Source: Betaproteobacteria bacterium (GTDB lineage: Bacteria; Pseudomonadota; Gammaproteobacteria; Burkholderiales; SG8-41). From it: a DNA stretch of 64,000 nt. Of the stretch, positions 44,651 to 54,340 are shown one piece after another; position 1 is the first letter of the stretch, and each line of letters starts with the position of its first letter. The stretch spans positions 5,489 to 69,488 of the forward strand of contig JAQGMI010000111.1 in NCBI GenBank assembly GCA_028292435.1, written 5' to 3'. Both the position numbers and the translations under genes were made by a program. The notes under the pieces are model-generated. The model searched no databases. It had not been told where the DNA came from and was given only the letters and a program-made list of their open reading frames with translations.

Positions 44651-45614
44651 ACTGCGGCTTGAACCCGATGTCCTTGATGAGCTTGCCGTACTTGGCGTAA
44701 TCGCTCTTGATCGTGTTGGCGAAAGCTTCCGGCGGCTCGGCAACGATGATGAGCCCGGCCGAAACGAGTTTTTCCTTCACGTCCGGCAGCAGCATCGCGC
44801 GGTTGATTTCCTGGTTGAGCAGAGTCACGATTTCGCGCGGCGTGCCGGCGGGCGCCAGAAAGCCGAACCAGCCGCGCGAATCGTAGCCGGGCAACGTCTC
44901 CGCAATCGTCGGCGCGTCGAACTCAGGCACCCGCGTCGGATTGGTAATCGCGAGCAACCGCAATTTTCCCGAGCGGATGTGCGGCGTGAGCCCGGTGATG
45001 CCGTCGATGGCCGCATCGATATGGCCGCCGATGAGATCGGTAGCGATTTGCGCGCTGCCTTTGTACGGTACATGCACGTAAGTGAAGCCGCCCATCACGC
45101 GCAGCAGTTCGATCGTCATGTGCGGAAAGCCGCCTTCGCCATTCGAGCCGAACGTGACCTTGTTTGGATTGGCCTTCGCGTAGGTGATGAGGTCTTTCAC
45201 GTTCTTGAAGGGCACGGTCGGATGCACGACGAGCGCCAGAAAATTGGTCGTCGACAACGCGATCGGCGCGAAATCCTTGATCGGATCGTACGGGATCTTT
45301 TTATACGTATGCGGCGCGACGACGAGATTGCCGCCCTGACCGCCCACCAGCGTGTAACCGTCCGGTGCGGCGCGCGCGGCGAATTCCAGTCCGAGCTGGC
45401 CCGCCCCGCCCGGGCGATTTTCGACGATCACGTTCTGGCCGAGCCGTTCGGTGATTTTCGGTCCGACGAGCCGCGCCATGATGTCCATCGTGTTGCCCGG
45501 CGGAAACGGAATCACGATGCGGATGGGTTTCGACGGATATTGCTGGGCTTGTGCATTGCATGCGAAACCGGCAATCAAAGCCGGAACCAAAACGCGCGAC
45601 ACTCGAAATTTCAT
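44649..45614 (-). CDS. Bug family (TctC-like) substrate-binding protein
   Basis: Signal peptide followed by QYPSKPIRIVIPFPPGNTMD. C-terminus IKSDYAKYGKLIKDIGFKPQ. Confidence 0.9.
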   Translation of the reverse strand: MKFRVSRVLVPALIAGFACNAQAQQYPSKPIRIVIPFPPGNTMDIMARLVGPKITERLGQNVIVENRPGGAGQLGLEFAARAAPDGYTLVGGQGGNLVVAPHTYKKIPYDPIKDFAPIALSTTNFLALVVHPTVPFKNVKDLITYAKANPNKVTFGSNGEGGFPHMTIELLRVMGGFTYVHVPYKGSAQIATDLIGGHIDAAIDGITGLTPHIRSGKLRLLAITNPTRVPEFDAPTIAETLPGYDSRGWFGFLAPAGTPREIVTLLNQEINRAMLLPDVKEKLVSAGLIIVAEPPEAFANTIKSDYAKYGKLIKDIGFKPQ

Positions 45615-45758
45615 GCGTATCCCCAGGATGATGATTGCGGTTCATTGTAGCGGCGAGCGTCGAGTTCGGGCAATCGGGGCATCGCGCCTTGCATCCCTTG
45701 CCGACGCGCTGTCATACAGGTATCGTGCCGAAAAAGCTTTTTACCCTTGGAGGAAATA

Positions 45759-46724
45759 ATGAGAGTTCTTGCAGCATTGGCCGCGCTCGGCGGCGTCTTC
45801 GGTTGCATCCACGGCGCGATCGCGGCCGACGCTTATCCCGTGCGCACGATACGCTGGATCGTGCCGTACCCGCCAGGCGGCACCACTGACATCCTGGCGC
45901 GCATCATGGCGCAGCGCATCTCTGAGCGCCTTGGACAGCAAGTGCTCGTCGACAACCGGCCAGGCGCCGGCAACAACATCGGCACCGAAATGGCGATCAA
46001 ATCGACGCCCGACGGCTACACCGTGTTTCTCGTCAATCCGGCCAACGCAATCAATGCGACGCTCTACAGCAATCTCAATTTCAATTTCCTGCGCGACATG
46101 GATCCGGTCGGCGGCATCGTGCGGGTGCCGAACGTGATGGAAGTGACCAACGCCCTGCCCGCCAAATCGATTCCTGAATTCATCAACTATGCCAAGGCCA
46201 ACCCGGGCAAGGTCATTCTTGCATCATCGGGTGCGGGTACGTCGGTGCACCTGTCCGGCGAACTGTTCATGTCGATGACCGGCATCAAGATGACGCACGT
46301 GCCGTACAAAGGCGCGGGCCCCGCATTCCCCGATCTGATTGGCGGTCAGGTTCACGTGATGTTCGACAACATGCCGTCTTCCATCGAGTTCATCCGCGGC
46401 GGCAAGTTGCGCGCGCTCGGCGTCACCACGGCGAAGCGCTCCAATCAACTGCCCGACGTGCCGACGGTCGCGGAAACGGTTCCCGGTTATGAAGCGAGTG
46501 CCTGGTTCGGCATGAGCGCGCCGAAGGGGACGCCGCAACAAGCGATCGCGGTGCTTAACAAGGAAATGAATCTCGCGCTCGCCGATCCGAAGATGAAAGC
46601 GCGTCTTGCCGAACTCGGCGGCGATCCGATTTCCGGCTCGCCCGCAGAATTCTGGAAAATTCACACTTATGAAACCGAAAAGTGGGCGAAAGTCGTCAAA
46701 AGCTCAGGGGCGAAAGTCGACTGA
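45759..46724 (+). CDS. Bug family (TctC-like) substrate-binding protein
   Basis: GGAGGAAATA precedes the ATG at 45759. Signal peptide followed by AYPVRTIRWIVPYPPGGTTD. C-terminus ETEKWAKVVKSSGAKVD. Confidence 0.9.
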   Translation: MRVLAALAALGGVFGCIHGAIAADAYPVRTIRWIVPYPPGGTTDILARIMAQRISERLGQQVLVDNRPGAGNNIGTEMAIKSTPDGYTVFLVNPANAINATLYSNLNFNFLRDMDPVGGIVRVPNVMEVTNALPAKSIPEFINYAKANPGKVILASSGAGTSVHLSGELFMSMTGIKMTHVPYKGAGPAFPDLIGGQVHVMFDNMPSSIEFIRGGKLRALGVTTAKRSNQLPDVPTVAETVPGYEASAWFGMSAPKGTPQQAIAVLNKEMNLALADPKMKARLAELGGDPISGSPAEFWKIHTYETEKWAKVVKSSGAKVD

Positions 46725-46750
46725 TCTTGCCCGGCCGGTTGTGAACCCTG

Positions 46751-46780
46751 ACGCCGCTTCAAAAGCGGCGTTATTTTTTT
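46751..46780 (+). terminator. rho-independent terminator
   Basis: 9-bp stem ACGCCGCTT / AAGCGGCGT with a 3-nt loop, followed by TATTTTTTT. The T-run overlaps the stop codon of the convergent GST gene. Confidence 0.8.
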
Positions 46781-47369
46781 AGCGCTTGGGCCAGCGCGGC
46801 AGCGCGCGGCAGCGCGCGAGCCATTCAGCGATCCGCGGAAACGGCTCGAGCGGCAGGCCCGATTCCGGTGCCGTCTCTACATACGGAAAACAGGCGACGT
46901 CGGCAATGGTCGGCCGTCCAAGCGCAAGCCAGTCGTTGTGCTGCAGGCGCTGATCAATGGCATCGAGCGCAATGCGACTGATTGCGTGACCTTGCTCGAG
47001 TGTGCCGGCCGTCCAGCGCTTTTGCATGAGGCCGCGCCGCGCGTACTGCAATCCGAACTGGATTTCACTCGCGGCAAGCGACAGCCATTGCATCACGGCC
47101 GCCAGGCCCGCGGGATCCGCGGGCAGCCACTTGTCGCCGCCGTGCTTGCGCGCGATGTAGGCCAAGCAGGCGCCCGAATCCCACAGCACGACATTCTCGT
47201 CCTCGATGACCGGCACCTCGCCGCGCGGATTCAACTGGAGGAATTCCGGCGATTTGTGTTCGCGCTTTGAAAAATCGATCAGCACGGTTTCGTGCGGCAC
47301 TTGCAGCAGTTCGAGCAGGATGCCGACTTTGTACGCGTTACCGGATACTGCGGCGCCATAGAATTTCAT
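46779..47369 (-). CDS. glutathione S-transferase
   Basis: MKFYGAAVSGNAYKV...LNPRGEVPVIED..VVLWDSGACLAYI is a thioredoxin-like GST N-domain. A helical C-domain follows. Confidence 0.85.
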   Translation of the reverse strand: MKFYGAAVSGNAYKVGILLELLQVPHETVLIDFSKREHKSPEFLQLNPRGEVPVIEDENVVLWDSGACLAYIARKHGGDKWLPADPAGLAAVMQWLSLAASEIQFGLQYARRGLMQKRWTAGTLEQGHAISRIALDAIDQRLQHNDWLALGRPTIADVACFPYVETAPESGLPLEPFPRIAEWLARCRALPRWPKR

Positions 47370-47411
47370 CGATTGCCCCAATTAAATTGATCGTTTACCG
47401 GTGAATGTAAA

Positions 47412-48335
47412 TCAGCGTTTTCGCTTCAAATGCCGGTCGAAGTAATCCATGAAAATCCCGAACGCCTTGCGCTGCACTGCGTCCGGCGCATACGTGCCGT
47501 CGTCGTTTCGATACATGAACGGGAAACCGTGTACCGGATGATCGAGACTGACCCAGGTCGAATCTTTGCCGGCTTCGAGCATCCATTCGTGCGCGAGCGC
47601 AAATATGCCCTGCAGATGATCGGGGTCGCGGCCGATGTGCAATATCGGCGTCTTGATGCGGCGGATGCGATCCATCGCGCGAACCTTGTCGGCATTCTTG
47701 CGCACGACTTCGATGTCCTGATATTGCAGCTCGTTGCCGTGGCGCGGCGCCGCCGGGCCGGTGTAGACGCTCAGGAATTCGTGCGACGCGCCCTCGATGG
47801 CCACGCCTGCCGCAAAAGTCGTCTCGGCCGCGATTTTCAGAATCATCTCGCCGCTGTGACTGACGCCCACGATGCCGATCGCGTGCTTGTCGACGTAGGG
47901 CAGCGTTTGCAGGTACTTGAGTATCGCGATCAAATCGTCCGAATCGAGCGTCGGCGCCGACTTCAGCGTGCGGCCTTCGCCGCTGACGTCGTCCGCCATG
48001 TTCTGGGCGCGTGCAGTGTGCTCGTACTGATGTGGAATCTCATTGCGGTAATTGACGAAAGCGACGACATAGCCGCGCGCGATCATTTCATCCTGCATCG
48101 ACGCCAGCCGTTCGACCTGCTTCTCGACATGCGGCAAGCCGCCGCGGCCGTCGCCGCGTCCTATGACAATCACCGGAAACGGGCCCGCGCCCTGCGGCCG
48201 GCGCACCGCGATCGGCACGTAAATTTCGTCGCGCGTCAGCGCGAACGTCAGATCGACCGGTATATCGGAGCCTGGCACCGGCCTGGTAATTACATAGCCG
48301 TGCGACGGCAGTTCAGGCGCGACCGGTGCACTCAT
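47412..48335 (-). CDS. alpha/beta hydrolase (dienelactone hydrolase / S9 peptidase-like)
   Basis: Nucleophile elbow GVSHSGE, with downstream Asp and His regions (GRDPDH, LDHPVHGF). The ATG overlaps the upstream stop (ATGA). Confidence 0.75.
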   Translation of the reverse strand: MSAPVAPELPSHGYVITRPVPGSDIPVDLTFALTRDEIYVPIAVRRPQGAGPFPVIVIGRGDGRGGLPHVEKQVERLASMQDEMIARGYVVAFVNYRNEIPHQYEHTARAQNMADDVSGEGRTLKSAPTLDSDDLIAILKYLQTLPYVDKHAIGIVGVSHSGEMILKIAAETTFAAGVAIEGASHEFLSVYTGPAAPRHGNELQYQDIEVVRKNADKVRAMDRIRRIKTPILHIGRDPDHLQGIFALAHEWMLEAGKDSTWVSLDHPVHGFPFMYRNDDGTYAPDAVQRKAFGIFMDYFDRHLKRKR

Positions 48336-49237
48336 TGCGCTTGTTCCGGTTGTTCTACTGGTTCTACTTGTTCTGCTTGTTCAACTGGCGCGACGCCGAT
48401 CAGCGCACGGCTCGCGTCGAATGCGCTGCGCACGAATTCAGATACGCCGGCGCTTCGATCGTCGAGCGCCAAAATCGATTCTGCAATAGCGATCGCGCCG
48501 ATAAACCCTTCGGCATGCCAATGCCCGAGTGCAAGCGGCGGCAGTGCGGCGCCTTTCGGCTGCGGGTGCGGGCTCACATAGATATAGGGCTGCGGATAGT
48601 AATGGTCACCCGGTGAAAAGCCGATGCCGATCGAGCGCGCGTTCGCCGCCTCGGGCGGATCGAACGAAATCAGCGTTGCCATATCGAAGTGATGCGGCCA
48701 GCAGCGCGCCGCATCGGCGCGGCCTTCGGTAAAGTTCATCCGTACGTCTTGCAGCAGGTCGGCCGCCGCGTCGAACCAGCGCACGAGTTCTTCGAAGGCT
48801 TCTGCCTCGCCGTTGAAGCTGTACGCCGAGCCGCGAGCGACCGGATGCGACGGTATCGTATAAGGGAGCGTGACCTCGGTCGCTGCTTTAAGCCCAAGTG
48901 CGCGCAATGCCGAGTCGAGCCAGACGCCCACCATCGAATCCCGGCGCCCGGCGAGTTCGTAGGTGTCGAGCACCAGGCTGCCGCGCATGACGATCAGGGC
49001 GAGGCCGGACAACCGCAGGCCGACGCGCACGCTTACATCGCCTGCCGGCAGCGGCTGGCAGAATAAAGCACCGCGCGCGCTGTCCCATGTCAGGCTCGAA
49101 TGACTGTCATCCGCAACAGCTTCGAGGTTGGCGCGCGCTGCCTTGGTCGTCCACTGCAGCGCGTGATGCGCGACGTTGCGCGCCTTGACGAGCGCGTTCG
49201 GCGATTTGCCGCCTAAAGTCGTCCAGTCAAACTGCAT
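48332..49237 (-). CDS. hypothetical protein with (V/A/P)EQ-repeat C-terminal tail
   Basis: About 300-aa ORF from the internal ATG MQFDWTTLGGKSPN. No family recognised. It sits between the PrpD-like and hydrolase genes. Confidence 0.6.
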   Translation of the reverse strand: MQFDWTTLGGKSPNALVKARNVAHHALQWTTKAARANLEAVADDSHSSLTWDSARGALFCQPLPAGDVSVRVGLRLSGLALIVMRGSLVLDTYELAGRRDSMVGVWLDSALRALGLKAATEVTLPYTIPSHPVARGSAYSFNGEAEAFEELVRWFDAAADLLQDVRMNFTEGRADAARCWPHHFDMATLISFDPPEAANARSIGIGFSPGDHYYPQPYIYVSPHPQPKGAALPPLALGHWHAEGFIGAIAIAESILALDDRSAGVSEFVRSAFDASRALIGVAPVEQAEQVEPVEQPEQAQ

Positions 49238-49312
49238 TGTGTTGCTCTCCTCGGGTAGCGTTAGCAATGACGCAAAAATGTTTCACGATTATAAAGTGTC
49301 GGCTCATTCGGG

Positions 49313-50737
49313 TCAGACCACGAAGAGATCGACGAACTCGTTGACGGGTGTGCGCGCGAGCCGGTCGTGATCCATGCAGACGTCGAGAATTTCGCGTTGG
49401 CGCACGGGCGCAAGGCGCCGCCCCAGGTTCTGCTCGAATTTGCGCACGAGCAGCGGAATGCCTTCTTTTCTCCGGCGCGGATGGCCAACCGGAAACTCCA
49501 CCTCAGCGTGCACGCTTTGCGTTCCGTCCGTGAAGACGATCTCGATAGAATTCGGATTGGCGCCCACCGCGCGGTCGCGCAGCATCGCCGTATAGCGCGG
49601 GTTCTCATTGACCTGCATCAATGCGCGCAACCGGTCGATGCGAGGATCGGCCGCAAATTCGTCGGTGTAATCATTCGCCGTCAGCCGGCCATGCAGAAGC
49701 GCTACGGCCACCGCATATTGAAGGCAGTGGTCGCGGTCGGCCGCGTTGCGCAGCGTGCCGGTCTTGTTGATCTTGTTGAATGTCTCGACGTGCACGGCGA
49801 GCTTGATCGCGGCAATTTCGTCAATGCGGGCATGCACCGCGGGATAAAGCTGCAGCGCGCATTCGATCGCCGATTGCGCATGTATGACGACCGGACACAA
49901 AATCTTGAACAACACGCCCTCCATGACGCCGGCGGCGGGTTTGCCGTACGCGAATTCGCGGCCGCCGAGGAACCATTTGTTGAAACCCCATTTAGGCTGA
50001 GTCAGCACGTTCGGGTAGCCCGGCTCGCCTTTGACAGCCATCAGTGCAAGCCGCACGCCATGGCTCGTCGATTCGGCAGCGGCCCAACCCTTGCGCGGTC
50101 CGACGTTTGAGCCAAAGCGATGCGCGCACAAACTCGGCTCGAAAAAGGCGAGCGATGTCGCGGCCACGATCTGCTCGCGCGTGCCGCCGAGCAATTTGGC
50201 GACCACCGCCGCGCACGCGATCTTGGGCAGCAGCGGATGATCGATGCCCGTCTCGCTCAGCCGCATGTGCGCACCGAGGCTGCCTTGCAGTTCATGCGCC
50301 TTGATCATCGCGTCGAGCACGACCGCCATCGTCAATGCCGGTTTGCGCGCGGCGACATTCAAACGGCTTAAATAATCCGCCACCGCGAGTATCGCGCCCA
50401 CATCGTCGGACGGGTGCGTCGTTTGTGCAGTGACCCAGGTGTCGCTGAAATCGAGCCAGCGCACCATCGTTGCGATATTGAACGCTGCGGTCACCGGGTC
50501 GAGCACGAACGATGTGCCCGGCACACGGGCGCCGTTCGGCACCGTCGTGCCCGGCACGACCGGCCCGAGCAAACGCGTGCAATCATCGTGCTCGAGCGCT
50601 TCCAGCGCGCAGCCCAGGCTGTCCATCAGGCAATACCGCGCCATATCGCGCGCCGCGGCGCTCTTGATCTCATAAGCGTCGACGTATTCGGCTACGTCAA
50701 GCAGCAGTTGATCGGTGGGTAATGTTTCAGCAGCCAC
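49313..50737 (-). CDS. prpD: 2-methylcitrate dehydratase (PrpD-type MmgE/PrpD protein)
   Basis: 474 aa, collinear with E. coli PrpD as I recall it. Shared blocks: LLGPVVPGTTVPNGARVPGT, MVRWLDFSDTW, MIKAHELQG, AADRDHCLQYAVA, EFPVGHPRRRKEGIP. No prpB or prpC lies nearby, so the symbol is tentative. Confidence 0.75.
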   Translation of the reverse strand: MAAETLPTDQLLLDVAEYVDAYEIKSAAARDMARYCLMDSLGCALEALEHDDCTRLLGPVVPGTTVPNGARVPGTSFVLDPVTAAFNIATMVRWLDFSDTWVTAQTTHPSDDVGAILAVADYLSRLNVAARKPALTMAVVLDAMIKAHELQGSLGAHMRLSETGIDHPLLPKIACAAVVAKLLGGTREQIVAATSLAFFEPSLCAHRFGSNVGPRKGWAAAESTSHGVRLALMAVKGEPGYPNVLTQPKWGFNKWFLGGREFAYGKPAAGVMEGVLFKILCPVVIHAQSAIECALQLYPAVHARIDEIAAIKLAVHVETFNKINKTGTLRNAADRDHCLQYAVAVALLHGRLTANDYTDEFAADPRIDRLRALMQVNENPRYTAMLRDRAVGANPNSIEIVFTDGTQSVHAEVEFPVGHPRRRKEGIPLLVRKFEQNLGRRLAPVRQREILDVCMDHDRLARTPVNEFVDLFVV

Positions 50738-50795
50738 TAGCTAAACCTTTCGATTGGAGCCGCGGATAGTCACCTGTTCGTCCGCGGGGACTGAG

Positions 50796-51761
50796 TTAGT
50801 CGATTTTCGCGCCCGACTCTTTGACGACCGGCGCCCAGCGCGCGTACTCCGCCCGAATGATCGCCCCGAAGCGTTCAGGCGAGGATGCGACGACTTCCGA
50901 ACCGTCCGTCGCCAGCAGCGCCTTTACGTCGGCCGAGTTCAGTGCCGCGGCAAATTCGGCGTTGAGCTTTTTGATGATCGCAGCCGGCGTGCCGACGGGC
51001 GCGAACACGCCGTACCAGGAATCGACTTCGAATCCGGGCAGCGTATCGGCAACGGTCGGCAAATCGGGCAGCAGATTGAATCGCTTGGCGCCGGTAACCG
51101 CAATGCCGCGCAGACGGCCGGTGCGGATATGCGGCAGCACCGGCGGAATGCTCGAGAAGCGCGACTGCACCTGACCCGCGATGAGGTCGGTGGTCGCCGG
51201 GCCCGAGCCCTTATACGGAATGTGCACCATCTTCACGCCAGCCATCTGGCAAAACAGCAAGCCCGCGAGATGCGTCGATGCCCCATTGCCCGATGACGCG
51301 TAATTGAGTTCGCCCGGTTTCGCTTTGGCGAGCGCGATGAACTGCGCGACCGTCGCCACCGGTAGCTTGGGATGCACGACGAGCACGTAGGGCGACGATG
51401 CGGCAAGCGTTATCGGTGCGAAGTCCTTGATCGGATCGTACGGCAGCTTTTTGTTGAGGTGCGGCAGGATCGTGATGCCGGCGTTGGTATGCGCAAGCAG
51501 CGTGTAGCCGTCGGGCGCAGCATGGGCGACCGCTTCGCTGCCGATCGTGCCGGTCGCGCCGCCGCGGTTATCAACGACAACGGGCTGACCCAGGCGTTCG
51601 GCGAGCCGGGCGTTCACCGCGCGGATCACGATGTCGGTGCCGCCGCCGGGCGGATAAGGAATGACGATGCGGATGGGGCGCTCGGGATAACCGAGTGTCT
51701 GCGCGTGCGTGTAACCGCAGCACAACGCCAGCAAAACGAGCCAACCAATAACGCGCTGCAT
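50796..51761 (-). CDS. Bug family (TctC-like) substrate-binding protein
   Basis: Internal ATG MQRVIGWLVLLALCCGYTHA followed by GYPERPIRIVIPYPPGGGTD. C-terminus IRAEYARWAPVVKESGAKID. Confidence 0.9.
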   Translation of the reverse strand: MQRVIGWLVLLALCCGYTHAQTLGYPERPIRIVIPYPPGGGTDIVIRAVNARLAERLGQPVVVDNRGGATGTIGSEAVAHAAPDGYTLLAHTNAGITILPHLNKKLPYDPIKDFAPITLAASSPYVLVVHPKLPVATVAQFIALAKAKPGELNYASSGNGASTHLAGLLFCQMAGVKMVHIPYKGSGPATTDLIAGQVQSRFSSIPPVLPHIRTGRLRGIAVTGAKRFNLLPDLPTVADTLPGFEVDSWYGVFAPVGTPAAIIKKLNAEFAAALNSADVKALLATDGSEVVASSPERFGAIIRAEYARWAPVVKESGAKID

Positions 51762-51896
51762 GTAATGACCGTCTGAAAAGTTAAGGCCGCGCTTGTCACG
51801 CGGCCTCCAGTGTTGTGCCCGATTGTACGCAATTTCATCGCGGGCGTTGCGCGGTATCATACTTGCCCGGTAAATCTGTATACGAAAGGCAGGACC

Positions 51897-53282
51897 ATGG
51901 GCGCCACTGCTGCGATTGCGGCATTCATCGCGAACACTTCAACGCGCGATTTTCCGGCAGCGCTTAACGACAAAGCCAAGAAAGCGATTGCCGATACGTT
52001 CGCCGTGATGATTGCCGGCGCGGGATCGGAAGTCGCCGAGCCGCTGCGTCGTTATCTCGAACTCGCGCACGCACCCGGCACCGCGCCTATTCTCGGCACC
52101 GGCACGACCGCCGCGCCGGAAACGGCGGCGCTCATCAACGGCACGTACGGACACGCGCTCGATTACGACGACGTGCTGTCGCTGATGCCGGCGCATCCAA
52201 GTGCGGTGATCGTCGCCGCGCTGCTCGCAAGTCTCAACGGCAAGTGCGTGACAGGCGCCGCATTCATTGAAGCCTACGTTGTCGGCGTCGAGGTTGGCGG
52301 CAACATCGGCCGCGGCATGACCAACGGACATTATCAGCGCGGTTTTCACGCGACCGGCACGCTCGCGTTGTTTTCCGGACTCGCAGCGCTCGCGAAACTG
52401 CACGGGCTCGAGACTGCAGCGACCGAGCAGGCGTTCGGCATCGCGTCGTCGATGGCCGGCGGCCTCAGGCGTAATTTCGGCACGATGACGAAGCCACTGC
52501 ACACCGGCATCGCGGCGCGCAGCGCGCTGACGGCATTCAACCTCGCCGCATCGGGATTTACGGCGGCACCCGACGTGCTCGAAGCGAAAACGGGATTTTT
52601 CTCGTCGTATGGCGTCGCCGAATCGAATCCCGAGGTCGCCGTTAAATCGCTTGGCAAGCCATTCATCGTCGCCGACCCCGGCCTCGCGCTGAAAAAATTT
52701 CCGTGCTGCTACGCGTCGCATCGCGCAATAGACGGCGTGCTCGCATTGCGCGCGAAATTGAACTGCGATGCAAAAAGCATCGACCAAGTGATTTGCCGCA
52801 TGCCGCCCGGTGGAATGCACGTGCTTACGTATCCGCGCCCAACCACCGGGCTCGAAGGCAAATTCAGCCTCGATTACCCGCTCGCGGCGGCAGCACTCGA
52901 TGGTCAATGCACCTTGTGGACGTTCACCGACGAAGCGGTGCGGCGCAAGGAGGTTGCCGATTTCTACGCGCGCATCGATGCCAAAGAAGATGCCGCCTGC
53001 CGCGGCGACGATCCGCTGTTTGAATCGCGCAGCTCGGGCAGCCGCGGCTTCGTCGAAGTCGAAGTGCGCCTCAACGATGGCCGCAGCGAGCGTCTGCGCA
53101 TCGACAGGCCGCCCGGTTCGCCGCATCGCGAATTGAGCTGGGACGATCTCGCTCAAAAGTTCTCGGATTGCGCGAACCACTCCGGCCATGTAAGCGCGGA
53201 CGCAGCGACTAAAACGTTCGCTGCATTGCGCGCACTCGACGCTTCCAGGGACATCAATGGGATTGCGCAGCTTCTGTGCTGA
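51897..53282 (+). CDS. MmgE/PrpD family protein
   Basis: Internal ATG MGATAAIAAFIANTSTRDFPAALNDKAKKAIADTFAVMIAG. The family-typical length and layout are present. Confidence 0.85.
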   Translation: MGATAAIAAFIANTSTRDFPAALNDKAKKAIADTFAVMIAGAGSEVAEPLRRYLELAHAPGTAPILGTGTTAAPETAALINGTYGHALDYDDVLSLMPAHPSAVIVAALLASLNGKCVTGAAFIEAYVVGVEVGGNIGRGMTNGHYQRGFHATGTLALFSGLAALAKLHGLETAATEQAFGIASSMAGGLRRNFGTMTKPLHTGIAARSALTAFNLAASGFTAAPDVLEAKTGFFSSYGVAESNPEVAVKSLGKPFIVADPGLALKKFPCCYASHRAIDGVLALRAKLNCDAKSIDQVICRMPPGGMHVLTYPRPTTGLEGKFSLDYPLAAAALDGQCTLWTFTDEAVRRKEVADFYARIDAKEDAACRGDDPLFESRSSGSRGFVEVEVRLNDGRSERLRIDRPPGSPHRELSWDDLAQKFSDCANHSGHVSADAATKTFAALRALDASRDINGIAQLLC

Positions 53283-53358
53283 ACAAGTAAAATTAAATCC
53301 GCCGGATGCGTCAGGCATCCGTTCAATCGAGGAGAAAACGCGTGAAAAAGAGACTGGC

Positions 53359-54330
53359 ATGAGAATCGCAGTGTTCGGTGTGCTCGGGTTGGCTTACACA
53401 TGCGCATGCGCAACCGTCGCCGCGCAGTCTTATCCCGACCGTCCGATCCGCCTGATCGTGCCGTACCCGCCCGGCTCGAGCACCAACGACATACTCGGCC
53501 GCGCGCTCGCGTTGCGACTGACCAACGTGCTCGGCCAGCAGGTCGTCGTCGATAACCGTTCAGGCGCCAGCGGCAACATGGGTTCCGAAATGGTCGCCAA
53601 AGCGCCTGCCGACGGTTACACGCTGCTGATCGGCGTCGCCGGTCCGCTCGCCGTCGGCCCGGCCGTCTATAAGAACCTGGGCTACGATCCGATCAAGGAT
53701 TTGACGCCGATTGCCATGTACGCGTCGGTGCCTTACGTGCTCGTCGTGCATCCGTCGGTACAGGCGACCAATGTCAAAGAACTGATCGCGTTCGCCAAGG
53801 CCAACCCCGGCAAACTCAATTTCGCTTCGAGCGGCAGCGGCGGTTCGCCGCATCTGTGCGGCGAGTTGTTCAAGGCAATGGCGGGCATCGACATCGTGCA
53901 CATCCCATACAAGGGCGCCGGCATTGCGATGATCGACGTCTTGAGCGGCCAGATCCCGATGATCTGCACAGGCGCGACCGCGCTGTCGGCGCACATCAAG
54001 GCGGGCCGGCTGCGGGCAATCGGCGTTGCATCGCTGAAACGTTCGACGCAAATGCCGGACCTCGCGACGATCAGCGAACAAGGTCTAACGGGATTCGAAG
54101 TCAATTCATGGACCGGGTTGCTCGCGCCGGCCAAAACGCCCGAGCCAATCGTGCGCAAGCTGTACGAAGCCGTCGCCAAAATCGTCGCGACCGACGAGTT
54201 CAGGAATTTTCTCGCGAGCGTCGGCGCCGAGCCGGCGCTGATGAATTCGCGCGATTTCGGCGCTTACCTGAAAGTCGATACCGAGCGCTGGGCGAAAGTC
54301 GTCAAGACAGCCAACTTAAAAGTCGATTGA
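53359..54330 (+). CDS. Bug family (TctC-like) substrate-binding protein
   Basis: Internal ATG MRIAVFGVLGLAYTCACATVAA followed by SYPDRPIRLIVPYPPGSSTND. C-terminus DTERWAKVVKTANLKVD. Confidence 0.9.
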   Translation: MRIAVFGVLGLAYTCACATVAAQSYPDRPIRLIVPYPPGSSTNDILGRALALRLTNVLGQQVVVDNRSGASGNMGSEMVAKAPADGYTLLIGVAGPLAVGPAVYKNLGYDPIKDLTPIAMYASVPYVLVVHPSVQATNVKELIAFAKANPGKLNFASSGSGGSPHLCGELFKAMAGIDIVHIPYKGAGIAMIDVLSGQIPMICTGATALSAHIKAGRLRAIGVASLKRSTQMPDLATISEQGLTGFEVNSWTGLLAPAKTPEPIVRKLYEAVAKIVATDEFRNFLASVGAEPALMNSRDFGAYLKVDTERWAKVVKTANLKVD

Positions 54331-54340
54331 GAGACCGCAT

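Noticed and set aside
49313-50737. A methylcitrate-cycle (prp) operon
   Set aside because: Only the PrpD-type gene is present. There is no prpB, prpC, acnD, prpF or prpR in the window.
51939-53360. 473-aa minus-strand ORF
   Set aside because: It is antisense to the MmgE/PrpD gene at 51897..53282, with the same compositional artefact.
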